Shown here piece by piece: positions 8,713-16,111 of a stretch of 64,000 bases of DNA. The DNA is from Candidatus Saccharimonadales bacterium (GTDB taxonomy: Bacteria; Patescibacteriota; Saccharimonadia; Saccharimonadales; UBA7683): assembly GCA_046350615.1 (NCBI GenBank), contig JAXMAA010000002.1:213204-277203 (forward strand). Direction: 5' to 3'. The notes beneath the pieces are model-generated. The model made no database searches, was not told the origin of the DNA, and was given only the letters and a program-made list of their open reading frames with translations. Positions within the stretch are counted from its first letter, which is position 1. Each line of letters opens with the position of its first letter. The translations under genes and the position numbers were made by a program.

Positions 8713-9193
8713 CTCAAATCAGGAAGAATTAGACAAGCGAACATCCGCACGTGGCTTATTAAACTATGCGATGGAGTATTACGCTGGGTATGAGCTTATA
8801 CAGAAACAAGAACCAAACATGACACGCTACTTTGCAGTGAAGTATTACCTACTCTGTCATTCACTTGAATTAACCATGAAGGCTTGGTTAAAGCACAAGG
8901 GTGCGAACTACGCAGAAATTAAAAGCATGGGGCATGACCTTGAAAAAATCATGGTAGTTCTACATGACAGGCATGACCTACTCTTCGATGCACCCAGTCA
9001 AGCTATGATTAGCCTTGTAAATCAGCATTATGCAAAGAAGGAGTTTGAGTACGCACTTAGGGGTGCAAAAAGCGTACCTGTAATTACCGACCTTGCACAA
9101 ACAGTTCACTTACTTATCTCAAAAGCTCGCTTTGATATTTTGATGGACGGCGACCCACAAAAGCTAAGGGCAGCAGGCAATGTCGAAAAGTGA
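8705..9193 (+). CDS. HEPN-like domain protein
   Basis: YYLLCHSLELTMKAWLKHKG....IKSMGHDLEKI resembles the HEPN helix pair with the xHDL motif. The 3' end overlaps the next gene by 14 nt. Confidence 0.5.
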   Translation: MASSNQEELDKRTSARGLLNYAMEYYAGYELIQKQEPNMTRYFAVKYYLLCHSLELTMKAWLKHKGANYAEIKSMGHDLEKIMVVLHDRHDLLFDAPSQAMISLVNQHYAKKEFEYALRGAKSVPVITDLAQTVHLLISKARFDILMDGDPQKLRAAGNVEK

Positions 9194-10118
9194 CCCTAAG
9201 ACTGTATGGGAAGCAGGTAAAGATAAGTATTACGAACATTATCGTCTTTCTAAATCTGCAACGTCTGCTGAGCTACGAAAATGGGTTGATGAAGCCTACT
9301 ACAAAAACGGACTTTGCCAATACCTTGATAAGAACTTTACCCATGAACTAAGAGATAACGATTTTTACGCTCGGCTTTGGGAGCTTGAAGTGGCTGAGTG
9401 GTTAGAAAAAACAGGTATTAAAATGTTGCCCACTAACGGCAAGGGATTTGATTTTTGTCTTGAACTGCCAGATGGCAAGAAAATCTGGATTGAAGCCGTC
9501 CTGGCTACCGAGGATGATGAGCTGAAAGAGATACAACGCCAAGCATTACAGTCAGGTGCGGTATTCAATACGCCACGAGAACAGTTTGCACTGAGATATT
9601 CTTCGGTGCTTTTTACTAAGGCGACCAAGATAAAAGAAAAATATCTACAAGATGTTGGTAAAGATGACTTTACCCTAATTGCTGTTTCTGGCTATCCGAT
9701 GAGTATGATGGGTTCAAGCATGGACTTATTTATGCTTGGTATCTTGCCGATTGACTTTCAAGTTGTGCATATCTCAACTGACGGCAAACCACTTGACCCA
9801 AATGTTCCAAGACCAACCCACACCATGAAGCAGTCGTATCAGAAGAAAACTGGTGCATCAGTCAAAAAGGAGTTTTTGTATCCAGGCACTCATTTTCCAT
9901 TTATAGATGGGGTCATGTTCTCAGAAGCCTCAAACCTGCAACAACTACTCGGTACTGGTTCGGCGAGCTTTAACGAAGAAACAAACTGCCCACATATCTT
10001 TGAGAATTATGTGGGCAAGAGTTTGCCAGAAGACTTTACTAAATTTTTCTATTGCCACAGCTTCAAAGACAGTGGCAACATGGCTAGTCTAGAAATGAAA
10101 GAACCTACTGTAAAGTAA
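9180..10118 (+). CDS. Hypothetical protein, possible PD-(D/E)xK-like nuclease fold
   Basis: 312-aa ORF. The segment WELEVAEWLEKTG...GKGFDFCLEL...IWIEAVL resembles an E..D..E core but lacks the canonical Lys. Confidence 0.45.
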   Translation: MSKSDPKTVWEAGKDKYYEHYRLSKSATSAELRKWVDEAYYKNGLCQYLDKNFTHELRDNDFYARLWELEVAEWLEKTGIKMLPTNGKGFDFCLELPDGKKIWIEAVLATEDDELKEIQRQALQSGAVFNTPREQFALRYSSVLFTKATKIKEKYLQDVGKDDFTLIAVSGYPMSMMGSSMDLFMLGILPIDFQVVHISTDGKPLDPNVPRPTHTMKQSYQKKTGASVKKEFLYPGTHFPFIDGVMFSEASNLQQLLGTGSASFNEETNCPHIFENYVGKSLPEDFTKFFYCHSFKDSGNMASLEMKEPTVK

Positions 10119-10653
10119 CTTTTACGCCGCCTGAGAACGCACTGTCATGCAGTTCAGCAGTTGCTGGTGTCTGATCTTTTGGAAGGTCAAAGACGATAGC
10201 ACCCTCAACACTGTTACCTGGATTTATGTCGTTATACCAGCTCGTGCCGTTTGGAGCATTGTAAAGAGTAGCCGTATCATCAGCCGAATACTTTTGACCA
10301 CTCGCATTGAGCAGGTATTGATTGCTGGAAACGAGACTTTGAGCCTGGTCGCCGATATTCTTTACACTTACATTGAGCAAGCAATACTGACCTTGTGCTG
10401 TCTTTGTAAGATATTGGTTAGAGCCAACTGATGTTTTACCACATTCAACACTCTTAACCGTAAACTCAAATTTACCATCATTAGCAGGTTGCCCAACCTT
10501 AGCCGTTTCGGCTTTACTTGATGAACTGCTAGATGAGCTGTTGCTCGTGCTGTTATTTGATTTACTACCGCCCCCTGCCGCCGAGACGATTATTCCGAGA
10601 AGAATAAGACCGCCGATTATTGATAGTATTTTGTGCTTTTTGAACCACTGCAT
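10105..10653 (-). CDS. DUF4352 domain membrane-anchored protein
   Basis: N-terminal TM helix, a Ser-rich linker, then FEFTVKSVECGK...YCLLNVSVKNIGDQAQ...GAIVFDLPKD, typical of DUF4352. Confidence 0.75.
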   Translation of the reverse strand: MQWFKKHKILSIIGGLILLGIIVSAAGGGSKSNNSTSNSSSSSSSSKAETAKVGQPANDGKFEFTVKSVECGKTSVGSNQYLTKTAQGQYCLLNVSVKNIGDQAQSLVSSNQYLLNASGQKYSADDTATLYNAPNGTSWYNDINPGNSVEGAIVFDLPKDQTPATAELHDSAFSGGVKVTLQ

Positions 10654-10712
10654 TTTATAAACTCCTTGTTTAAGTTACCTCTTATCAATATAACTTAACA
10701 ATACTAAAAAAT

Positions 10713-10741
10713 AAACAGTTAGTTTATGTAACTATCTGTTT
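10713..10741 (+). promoter_or_regulatory. Operator-like inverted repeat abutting the -10 box of the XRE gene
   Basis: AAACAGTTAGTT-tatgt-AACTATCTGTTT (11 of 12 positions symmetric), immediately followed by TATAAT at 10741-10746. Confidence 0.5.
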
Positions 10742-10761
10742 ATAATTTCTACCCTTAGTGT

Positions 10762-10989
10762 ATGGGTAATACACAAGAACAAAATATGATGAAAGCCTTT
10801 GGCAAGCGAGTGGCAGAAGTTCGCAAAAGCAAAGGTGTAACTCAACAAGAATTAGCCGAAAGCGTAAACATGAGCGTAGTCGCTATCGCTTATATTGAAA
10901 CTGGTAAGCGATGGGCTAGGCTTGGCACGCTGAGCAAAATTGCTAAAAGTCTTAAAGTTGATGTTGCTGACCTGTTTAAGGGCTTATAA
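10762..10989 (+). CDS. XRE-family helix-turn-helix transcriptional regulator
   Basis: FGKRVAEVRKSKGVTQQELAESVNMSVVAIAYIETGKR is a classic HTH_3 motif. Confidence 0.8.
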   Translation: MGNTQEQNMMKAFGKRVAEVRKSKGVTQQELAESVNMSVVAIAYIETGKRWARLGTLSKIAKSLKVDVADLFKGL

Positions 10990-11128
10990 TACCGTCTGCC
11001 AAAACCGCTTGGTCAAATGAGAGCCGAAAATTCGCTACTTACACGGCGGAGTATAGTTTTTGTGAAACTAAGGGCGACTACCCCCTATCCAATGAGCAAC
11101 AACAATAATTATTTGCTATGATTGAGCT

Positions 11129-11884
11129 ATGAACAAAAACCCGCAGCAATTTTATGATGACTTAGCCGATAGTTATTCGCTTATTTTTCCTGACTGGCAG
11201 GCGGCAGTTGAACGACAAGCTAATGCGATTAGTAATTTAATCAGTCAACCTCCTCTTACAGTCTTGGACTGTTCTTGCGGTATAGGAACACAAGCTATTG
11301 GCTTAGCAAAACTAGGCTATAAAGTTCACGCAACAGATATCAGCCCCAAAGAAGTTGAAAAGGCAAAAGAGGCTTCTAAAAAGATGGGAGTTAATCTCAG
11401 TTTTGGCGTTGCAGATTTTCGTACCCTAGATAGCCAAGTTGAAGGTGAATATGATGTAGTTATCTCGTTTGATAACTCATTGCCGCATCTATTAACCAAC
11501 GAAGATATAGTGAAAGCACTTAATGCTATGAAAGCGAAGCTGGTAGATGGGGGTAAGCTACTCATAAGTATTCGTGATTATGATGTTCTGCTTGAAGAAA
11601 AGCCGAAAGCTACGTTGCCCCAAGTTATGCAGACAGAGAACGGCGAAACAATATATTTTCAAACGTGGCAATGGGATGATAATTTACCAACCTACCAAAC
11701 AAATCTTTTTATCCTTGTGCCTGAAAACGGTAGCTGGAAAGTAACTACTTCTTCAACCACTTACAGGGCATTGAGAAAAAATGAGCTGACTGAGTTGCTG
11801 GAAAAGTCTGGCTATAAAAATGTTGAATGGCTTGAATCACAGCAAAGCGGTTATTATCAGCCGATTGTTACAGCAACTAAATAG
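11129..11884 (+). CDS. Class I SAM-dependent methyltransferase
   Basis: Motif I VLDCSCGIGTQA and an acidic post-I residue (HATDIS). Confidence 0.85.
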   Translation: MNKNPQQFYDDLADSYSLIFPDWQAAVERQANAISNLISQPPLTVLDCSCGIGTQAIGLAKLGYKVHATDISPKEVEKAKEASKKMGVNLSFGVADFRTLDSQVEGEYDVVISFDNSLPHLLTNEDIVKALNAMKAKLVDGGKLLISIRDYDVLLEEKPKATLPQVMQTENGETIYFQTWQWDDNLPTYQTNLFILVPENGSWKVTTSSTTYRALRKNELTELLEKSGYKNVEWLESQQSGYYQPIVTATK

Positions 11885-11934
11885 ATACTATTTTAATAAC
11901 TGGTCAGATAGATTAAAGATGCTAGCTAGATGCC

Positions 11935-12000
11935 TTAGCTTATAATCCTCTTCTGCACTAATAGCTGCCGTTTGAAATACGTCAACTATCCTGCACCATG
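11935..12000 (+). repeat. Copy 1 of a 66-nt conserved intergenic element (candidate sRNA or leader)
   Basis: Ungapped 52/66 identity to 12625-12690 at an offset of exactly 690 bp. It begins with TATAAT and is followed by a hairpin plus T-run. Confidence 0.6.
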
Positions 12001-12003
12001 AAA

Positions 12004-12028
12004 GCTTCAACGTTGTTGATGCTTTTTT
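12004..12028. terminator. Hairpin terminator (bidirectional) between the methyltransferase and kinase genes
   Basis: GCTTCAAC-gtt-GTTGATGC followed by TTTTTT. Confidence 0.5.
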
Positions 12029-12029
12029 A

Positions 12030-12551
12030 TTAGTCTAATTCTTCTAGCTTTTTAATTAACTCATCAATGTCAGTGTCAGGCTTAAATACAACAATTTCCT
12101 CATCACTAGCTGGGTTTTCCCATACCTTATAGACCTTTTCAAGGTTCACAGAGCTTACATCGTGTCGCTGTTTAGTAATCAAGTTATCAGCTCGCCTTTT
12201 CTGGGTTACTTCAAGCGGAATATCTAAATAGATAATGGCAGACCGTACACCTGCTTCCCTGGCTACTCTTCGGAGGTTATCTCGATCTTCTACCGTGTGA
12301 TTGATGTGGTCAAAAACAACAGATTTACCTTTTGCTAGTTCATCTTCTATATCTTGATAGACTATGTCCAGCACTTCATTCCATTCCTCAACATTATCAA
12401 GTTCAGGTACTTGCTCTGGTGGTTTTACTCTTGCCCATGTCCAATCATATGCGAGCAATTTTGCATCAAGCCTATCGGCAACCTTCTGTGCTAACGTTGT
12501 CTTGCCTGAAAATGGCAATCCAAACATAGATACCAATATTGGTTTTTTCAT
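12030..12551 (-). CDS. P-loop kinase / AAA_33-like ATP-binding protein
   Basis: Walker A GLPFSGKTT near the N-terminus. 173 aa. Confidence 0.75.
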   Translation of the reverse strand: MKKPILVSMFGLPFSGKTTLAQKVADRLDAKLLAYDWTWARVKPPEQVPELDNVEEWNEVLDIVYQDIEDELAKGKSVVFDHINHTVEDRDNLRRVAREAGVRSAIIYLDIPLEVTQKRRADNLITKQRHDVSSVNLEKVYKVWENPASDEEIVVFKPDTDIDELIKKLEELD

Positions 12552-12624
12552 AAAGTTATTGTATCAAATCAGGGAATAAGTTAAAGTAGCTCGCCCGATA
12601 GTTGAAATTGTTCAGCAAGATATT

Positions 12625-12690
12625 TTAGTTTATAATCTCCTTGTACATTAGTAGCTGTCGTTTGAAACGAGTCAACTATTCTGCACCAGT
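12625..12690 (+). repeat. Copy 2 of the 66-nt conserved intergenic element
   Basis: See copy 1. TTGTTC-17 nt-TATAAT promoter-like context, upstream of the DUF1428 gene. Confidence 0.6.
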
Positions 12691-12709
12691 AGACTCATTT
12701 TCAAACATT

Positions 12710-12738
12710 AGAGACCATAGAGGTCTCTTCGTGTTTTT
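12710..12738 (+). terminator. Possible leader terminator or attenuator upstream of the DUF1428 gene
   Basis: AGAGACC-ataga-GGTCTCT, then tcgtg and TTTTT. The T-run is offset by 5 nt. Confidence 0.4.
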
Positions 12739-12815
12739 GGACGCCTGGACGCCCCTTTGCCTTCTATTGAGTGGTAGAATTATAGAAGGCGTAATTTTAA
12801 AGAGGAGTGTGTAAA

Positions 12816-13196
12816 ATGGCGAAATATGTTGATGGTTTTGTGCTGGTGGTTCCAAGGGGTAAAGAGACGGAATATCAAAAGATGGCGGAGATGGGGCGAG
12901 ATTCATGGATGAGGCATGGTGCGCTGCAGTACTTCGAATGTCGGGGTGATGATTTGAAGCCGCAAGAGGCGGGTGATGAAAAATCGCGAGCTTTTGATGA
13001 AATGGTTGGTGCGGGCGCAGACGAAAATGTCTGGTTCTCGTTTATTATTTTTGAATCAAAAGAGCATCGGGATGAGGTGAATGCAAAAGTTATGCAAGAA
13101 ATGGGCGAAGCATATGCAGATCAAACTGATTTTGAGATGCCAACCGACATGAAGAAAATGGCATATGGTGGTTTCGAGGTAGCGGTCGAGGGATAA
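12816..13196 (+). CDS. DUF1428 domain protein
   Basis: MAKYVDGFVLVVPRGKETEYQKMAE...FECRGDDL matches the DUF1428 pattern. GAGGAG RBS. Confidence 0.75.
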   Translation: MAKYVDGFVLVVPRGKETEYQKMAEMGRDSWMRHGALQYFECRGDDLKPQEAGDEKSRAFDEMVGAGADENVWFSFIIFESKEHRDEVNAKVMQEMGEAYADQTDFEMPTDMKKMAYGGFEVAVEG

Positions 13197-13275
13197 TTGC
13201 ATGTGCCCGAGCTGCTGTGTAGGTGGCGTATAAAACGGCATTTTTTGGCTTGGGGATTATCCATTGTGGTGGACA

Positions 13276-13304
13276 TTGACAAATGAATATAGATTTGATA
13301 TAAT
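13276..13304 (+). promoter_or_regulatory. Consensus sigma70-type promoter
   Basis: TTGACA-17 nt-TATAAT exact consensus, about 70 nt upstream of the 13374 ORF. Confidence 0.6.
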
Positions 13305-13373
13305 TAGAATATACAGAGACGTTATGGCTGTTGCGACAACTTGGCGTCTTTTATTTTTATCAGAAGGGAATAG

Positions 13374-13994
13374 ATGGCGGGAGAGATTATAGGACAACTT
13401 GCAAATAGTGGTAGTGTATTTGGCGAGCCCGTAAAGCCGCACACTCCCTGGCGACATAGGTACACACAAGCACCTGTGGCTATTGCTAACGGTTCCGAGG
13501 AGGTGCTGAAGCTTATCAGGGATGGAAGAATGAGCGATCCTACACATGTTCGAGATAGTTTACTTGAGGGGAGAATGCCAAGACGGGGTGGTATTATGCA
13601 TCTTGGGCACGAAATATATGCCTCTTGTGACTTGATGGCAGCACAGTTACTGCCACGAGTACTAGAGCTTAACCCAGCGCTAAAATCAGTGGTAGATCCT
13701 GAAACAAAAATGCCGCAAGCCAGTGGCTTGATAGTCCTGACACGCTTTGTGCTTGCGAGATCTGGAGATTGCGAGGCTGTTATTCGGGGCGTGCAGCCAG
13801 TAGCAGAGGCCTTTAACCCAGACGTAGAGCCTTGGAAGGCAGATCATTATGCTCAGCAAGGTCAAAGAGTAACTCAAAATGACCGAGGTATCGCTATCGC
13901 TCAGTTAGATGTTTTAAGTATTGCCGAGGTTGGGCGGCGGCCAGTTATACTTGATCAGCAGGCGGGCTCGGCTACAATCCAGCTTGGCCGGTAG
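13374..13994 (+). CDS. Hypothetical protein (206 aa)
   Basis: An ORF with the consensus promoter above. No family recognised. Confidence 0.5.
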   Translation: MAGEIIGQLANSGSVFGEPVKPHTPWRHRYTQAPVAIANGSEEVLKLIRDGRMSDPTHVRDSLLEGRMPRRGGIMHLGHEIYASCDLMAAQLLPRVLELNPALKSVVDPETKMPQASGLIVLTRFVLARSGDCEAVIRGVQPVAEAFNPDVEPWKADHYAQQGQRVTQNDRGIAIAQLDVLSIAEVGRRPVILDQQAGSATIQLGR

Positions 13995-14025
13995 CACGAT
14001 AGATCTGTTATAATGAAAACCTGAT

Positions 14026-14099
14026 GGCGCCTTGGCCGAGAAGTTAGGCACTGGTCTGCAAAACCAGTTAGACGGGAGCGTTACCCGTAGGTGCCTCCA
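14026..14099 (+). tRNA. tRNA-Cys (GCA) with non-canonical D- and T-loops
   Basis: Acceptor GGCGCCT/AGGTGCC, anticodon loop CTGCAAA, discriminator T (U73), encoded CCA. T-loop is AGCGTTA instead of TTCRANY and the D-loop lacks GG. TGtTATAAT lies 12 nt upstream. Confidence 0.7.
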
Positions 14100-14107
14100 T
14101 TTTCTGT

Positions 14108-14920
14108 ATGAGACAACCAACAATTGGTATTGAGATTGAGCTGCCATGGCAAACTATACTTGCTCGTGTTGATGAAGAAGCTGCACAAATACTTGCTTGT
14201 TCACAAGGGTTTTACTCCCTTGGGCAGTCCGAACGGCTACGAGTTCAGCAAGGATTTGATCTGGTCGATGAGTGCTATAAAGACAAAGTTGCGAGTGTCT
14301 TCGGCGAATCAATCAAAGAGCAGCACGATGGTTACACTGAGTTCGCATTTAGGCCACAGGCTGACCATGAAGTATTGGTAGAGGTTGCCGACACCCTGTA
14401 TCAACAAGGTATCCTGATTGATGATGAGCACTACCCACTTCATGTAACGCTTGGTGGACTCTCTAGCAAGCATGCCTCGTGGCTTATTTTAATGGTAGCG
14501 GAACTGAGCGGAGGCACTACTCAAAAACGTATAACAGAGGTAGGAACATGGTCTCAGAAGGGTGAGGCAGGCATAAGGCAGCGTGGCGCGCGTGAACTTG
14601 ACCTAGGAGCGACTGTTGCCATAGAGATGCGCAGTCTTGTCGCAACTTCTTTTGAGCAGCTCGGGGACACTCTCGAAATTGCTCAATCAGTGGGTGCAGT
14701 GTTGTTGACTGATATGTATAGAGGTGGTCAATCACTGTGCTGGCGAGGACTGAAGGAATACGTATTAACTACGTCAGAAGAGAAGGGCATTGATGCACGA
14801 ACACGCTGGAAAAATCCGCAACGTGACCCTGCTCCCTGGATCTCGTTGGGTAAAGCGGTCGCTGATGTTGATTGGAGTTCCAGACTGCGTGGAGATATAG
14901 TAACTATTCTTCAGGGGTAA
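14108..14920 (+). CDS. Hypothetical protein, possibly GS-like amidoligase family
   Basis: Ordered blocks IGIEIELPW, DGYTEFAFRP, PLHVTLGG and VAIEMRSL resemble the amidoligase (glutamine-synthetase-like) motif series. Confidence 0.5.
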   Translation: MRQPTIGIEIELPWQTILARVDEEAAQILACSQGFYSLGQSERLRVQQGFDLVDECYKDKVASVFGESIKEQHDGYTEFAFRPQADHEVLVEVADTLYQQGILIDDEHYPLHVTLGGLSSKHASWLILMVAELSGGTTQKRITEVGTWSQKGEAGIRQRGARELDLGATVAIEMRSLVATSFEQLGDTLEIAQSVGAVLLTDMYRGGQSLCWRGLKEYVLTTSEEKGIDARTRWKNPQRDPAPWISLGKAVADVDWSSRLRGDIVTILQG

Positions 14921-14951
14921 TGTTCGTGATATTATGGACGGGTATTCACTC

Positions 14952-15039
14952 GGGCGAGTGGCGGAATTGGTATACGCGGTGGACTTAAAATCCGCTGGTT
15001 GAATAAACCTTGAGGGTTCAAGTCCCTCCTCGCCCACCA
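14952..15039 (+). tRNA. tRNA-Leu (TAA), class II
   Basis: Acceptor GGGCGAG/CTCGCCC, anticodon loop CTTAAAA, long variable arm, T-loop TTCAAGT, encoded CCA. Confidence 0.9.
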
Positions 15040-15040
15040 A

Positions 15041-15074
15041 AGAGATTTTCTATGTAAGAGAATCTCTTTTTAGT
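15041..15074 (+). terminator. Intrinsic terminator after tRNA-Leu(TAA)
   Basis: AGAGATTTTC-tatgtaa-GAGAATCTCT followed by TTTT. Confidence 0.7.
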
Positions 15075-15116
15075 TAGAAATGCTATAATGAGTGGTTATT
15101 AAAAGGAGAAAACGTA

Positions 15117-15668
15117 ATGATTCTATTGATAGTTGGTGGTGTAATTGTTCTGCTGCTACTCTTCTTGTGGGCAACTTATAACAGCTTAGTAAAAACAAAT
15201 GTTCGTGTTGAAGAGGCGTGGAGCGACATTACTGTTCAGCTGAAACGTCGGCTTGATTTAATCCCAAATCTGGTTTCAACAGTAAAAGGGTATGCAAAGC
15301 ACGAGGCTGAAACGCTTGAAAAAGTTGTCGGCCAGCGTTCAAATGCAATCGGTGGTTCCGTTAAAGAAACTGCAGAAACCGAAAACATGCTCTCAGGCGC
15401 TTTAAAGAGCCTTTTCGCCGTTGCTGAAAGCTACCCTGATCTCAAGGCAAATCAGAACTTTCTCCAGCTACAAGGAGAACTAGTTGATACCGAAGACAAA
15501 ATTCAGGCCTCAAGACGCTTTTACAACGGCGCTGTTCGAGAACTCAATACCAAAGTACAGGTATTTCCCACCAATATTTTTGCTGGAATGCTTGGCTTTA
15601 AGAAGCGCGAGTTTTTTGAGGTTGAAGACCAGTCTGCGGTTGAAAAACCAGTTGAAGTTAAATTCTAG
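15117..15668 (+). CDS. lemA: LemA family protein
   Basis: N-terminal TM helix plus YNSLV...VEEAWSDITVQLKRRLDLIPNLV...YPDLKANQNF..LQ.EL, diagnostic of LemA. Confidence 0.9.
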   Translation: MILLIVGGVIVLLLLFLWATYNSLVKTNVRVEEAWSDITVQLKRRLDLIPNLVSTVKGYAKHEAETLEKVVGQRSNAIGGSVKETAETENMLSGALKSLFAVAESYPDLKANQNFLQLQGELVDTEDKIQASRRFYNGAVRELNTKVQVFPTNIFAGMLGFKKREFFEVEDQSAVEKPVEVKF

Positions 15669-15689
15669 GGCACGTATAACGAATAATGT

Positions 15690-16080
15690 ATGACGTGTAA
15701 CGCTAGGGCTGCTGAAAAGATCACTGCTTTTAAACAGCTTCATTCGTGGCAAAAAGCCCGTGAACTCTCAACGTTTATTTATAAAGTAACAAAACAATTT
15801 CCATCAGAGGAGCGACGGCTTTCAGTTCAAATTAGACGTTCGGTCGTATCTTGCTGCCGCTAACATTGCTGAAGGTTTCTCGAGACGTGGAAGTAAAGAC
15901 AAGATTCAGTTTTACTCGATAAGCCTCGGCTCATTGACCGAAACACTCAGTCACGCATATATTGCCATCGACCTAGGCTTTATATTAGGGGAAGAACTAG
16001 CTATGATAGAGCAAGATGTAGAGACGTTGCACAAAATGATTAATGGTCTAATAAAAAATGCACCAGAAAGGAATACGTAA
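15690..16080 (+). pseudogene. Four-helix-bundle (23S rRNA IVS / S23-like) protein gene with a +1 frameshift
   Basis: Frame 1 gives MTCNARAAEKITAFKQLHSWQKARELS...QIRRSVVSCCR*. The family consensus continues in another frame from 15856 (AANIAEGFSRRGSKDKIQFYSISLGSLTE...LIKNAPERNT*). Confidence 0.7.
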
Positions 16081-16111
16081 TACGTTATTCGTAATACGTC
16101 ATACAAACGAT

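Larger units (their letters stand above)
4008..10989. mobile_element. Integrative element inserted at the 3' end of tRNA-Gly. The right boundary is not determined and could extend towards ~13.2 kb.
   Basis: The serine recombinase ORF reads into the tRNA 3' end. It is followed by a Rep-like gene, SpoVG, an Xis-like HTH protein, a HEPN-like pair, DUF4352 and XRE. Confidence 0.55.

Noticed and set aside
12625-12740. Assigning the DUF1428 leader to a known riboswitch class (preQ1, fluoride, ZTP, guanidine).
   Set aside because: None of the conserved cores I remember for these classes is present. It is kept only as an unclassified candidate.
13324-13390. A leader peptide (MAVATTWRLLFLSEGN...) upstream of the 13374 ORF.
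   Set aside because: On recounting, the small frame does not stop before the main ATG but runs 22 codons out of frame into it. There is no RBS and no attenuation logic that I could support.
16058-16111. The extended HtpX start at 16058 (MHQKGIRNTLFVIRHTND...).
   Set aside because: The extension is the translation of the CGTAATACGT repeat flank and overlaps the IVS-protein pseudogene stop. HtpX homology begins at MYSQVAANKRKT.
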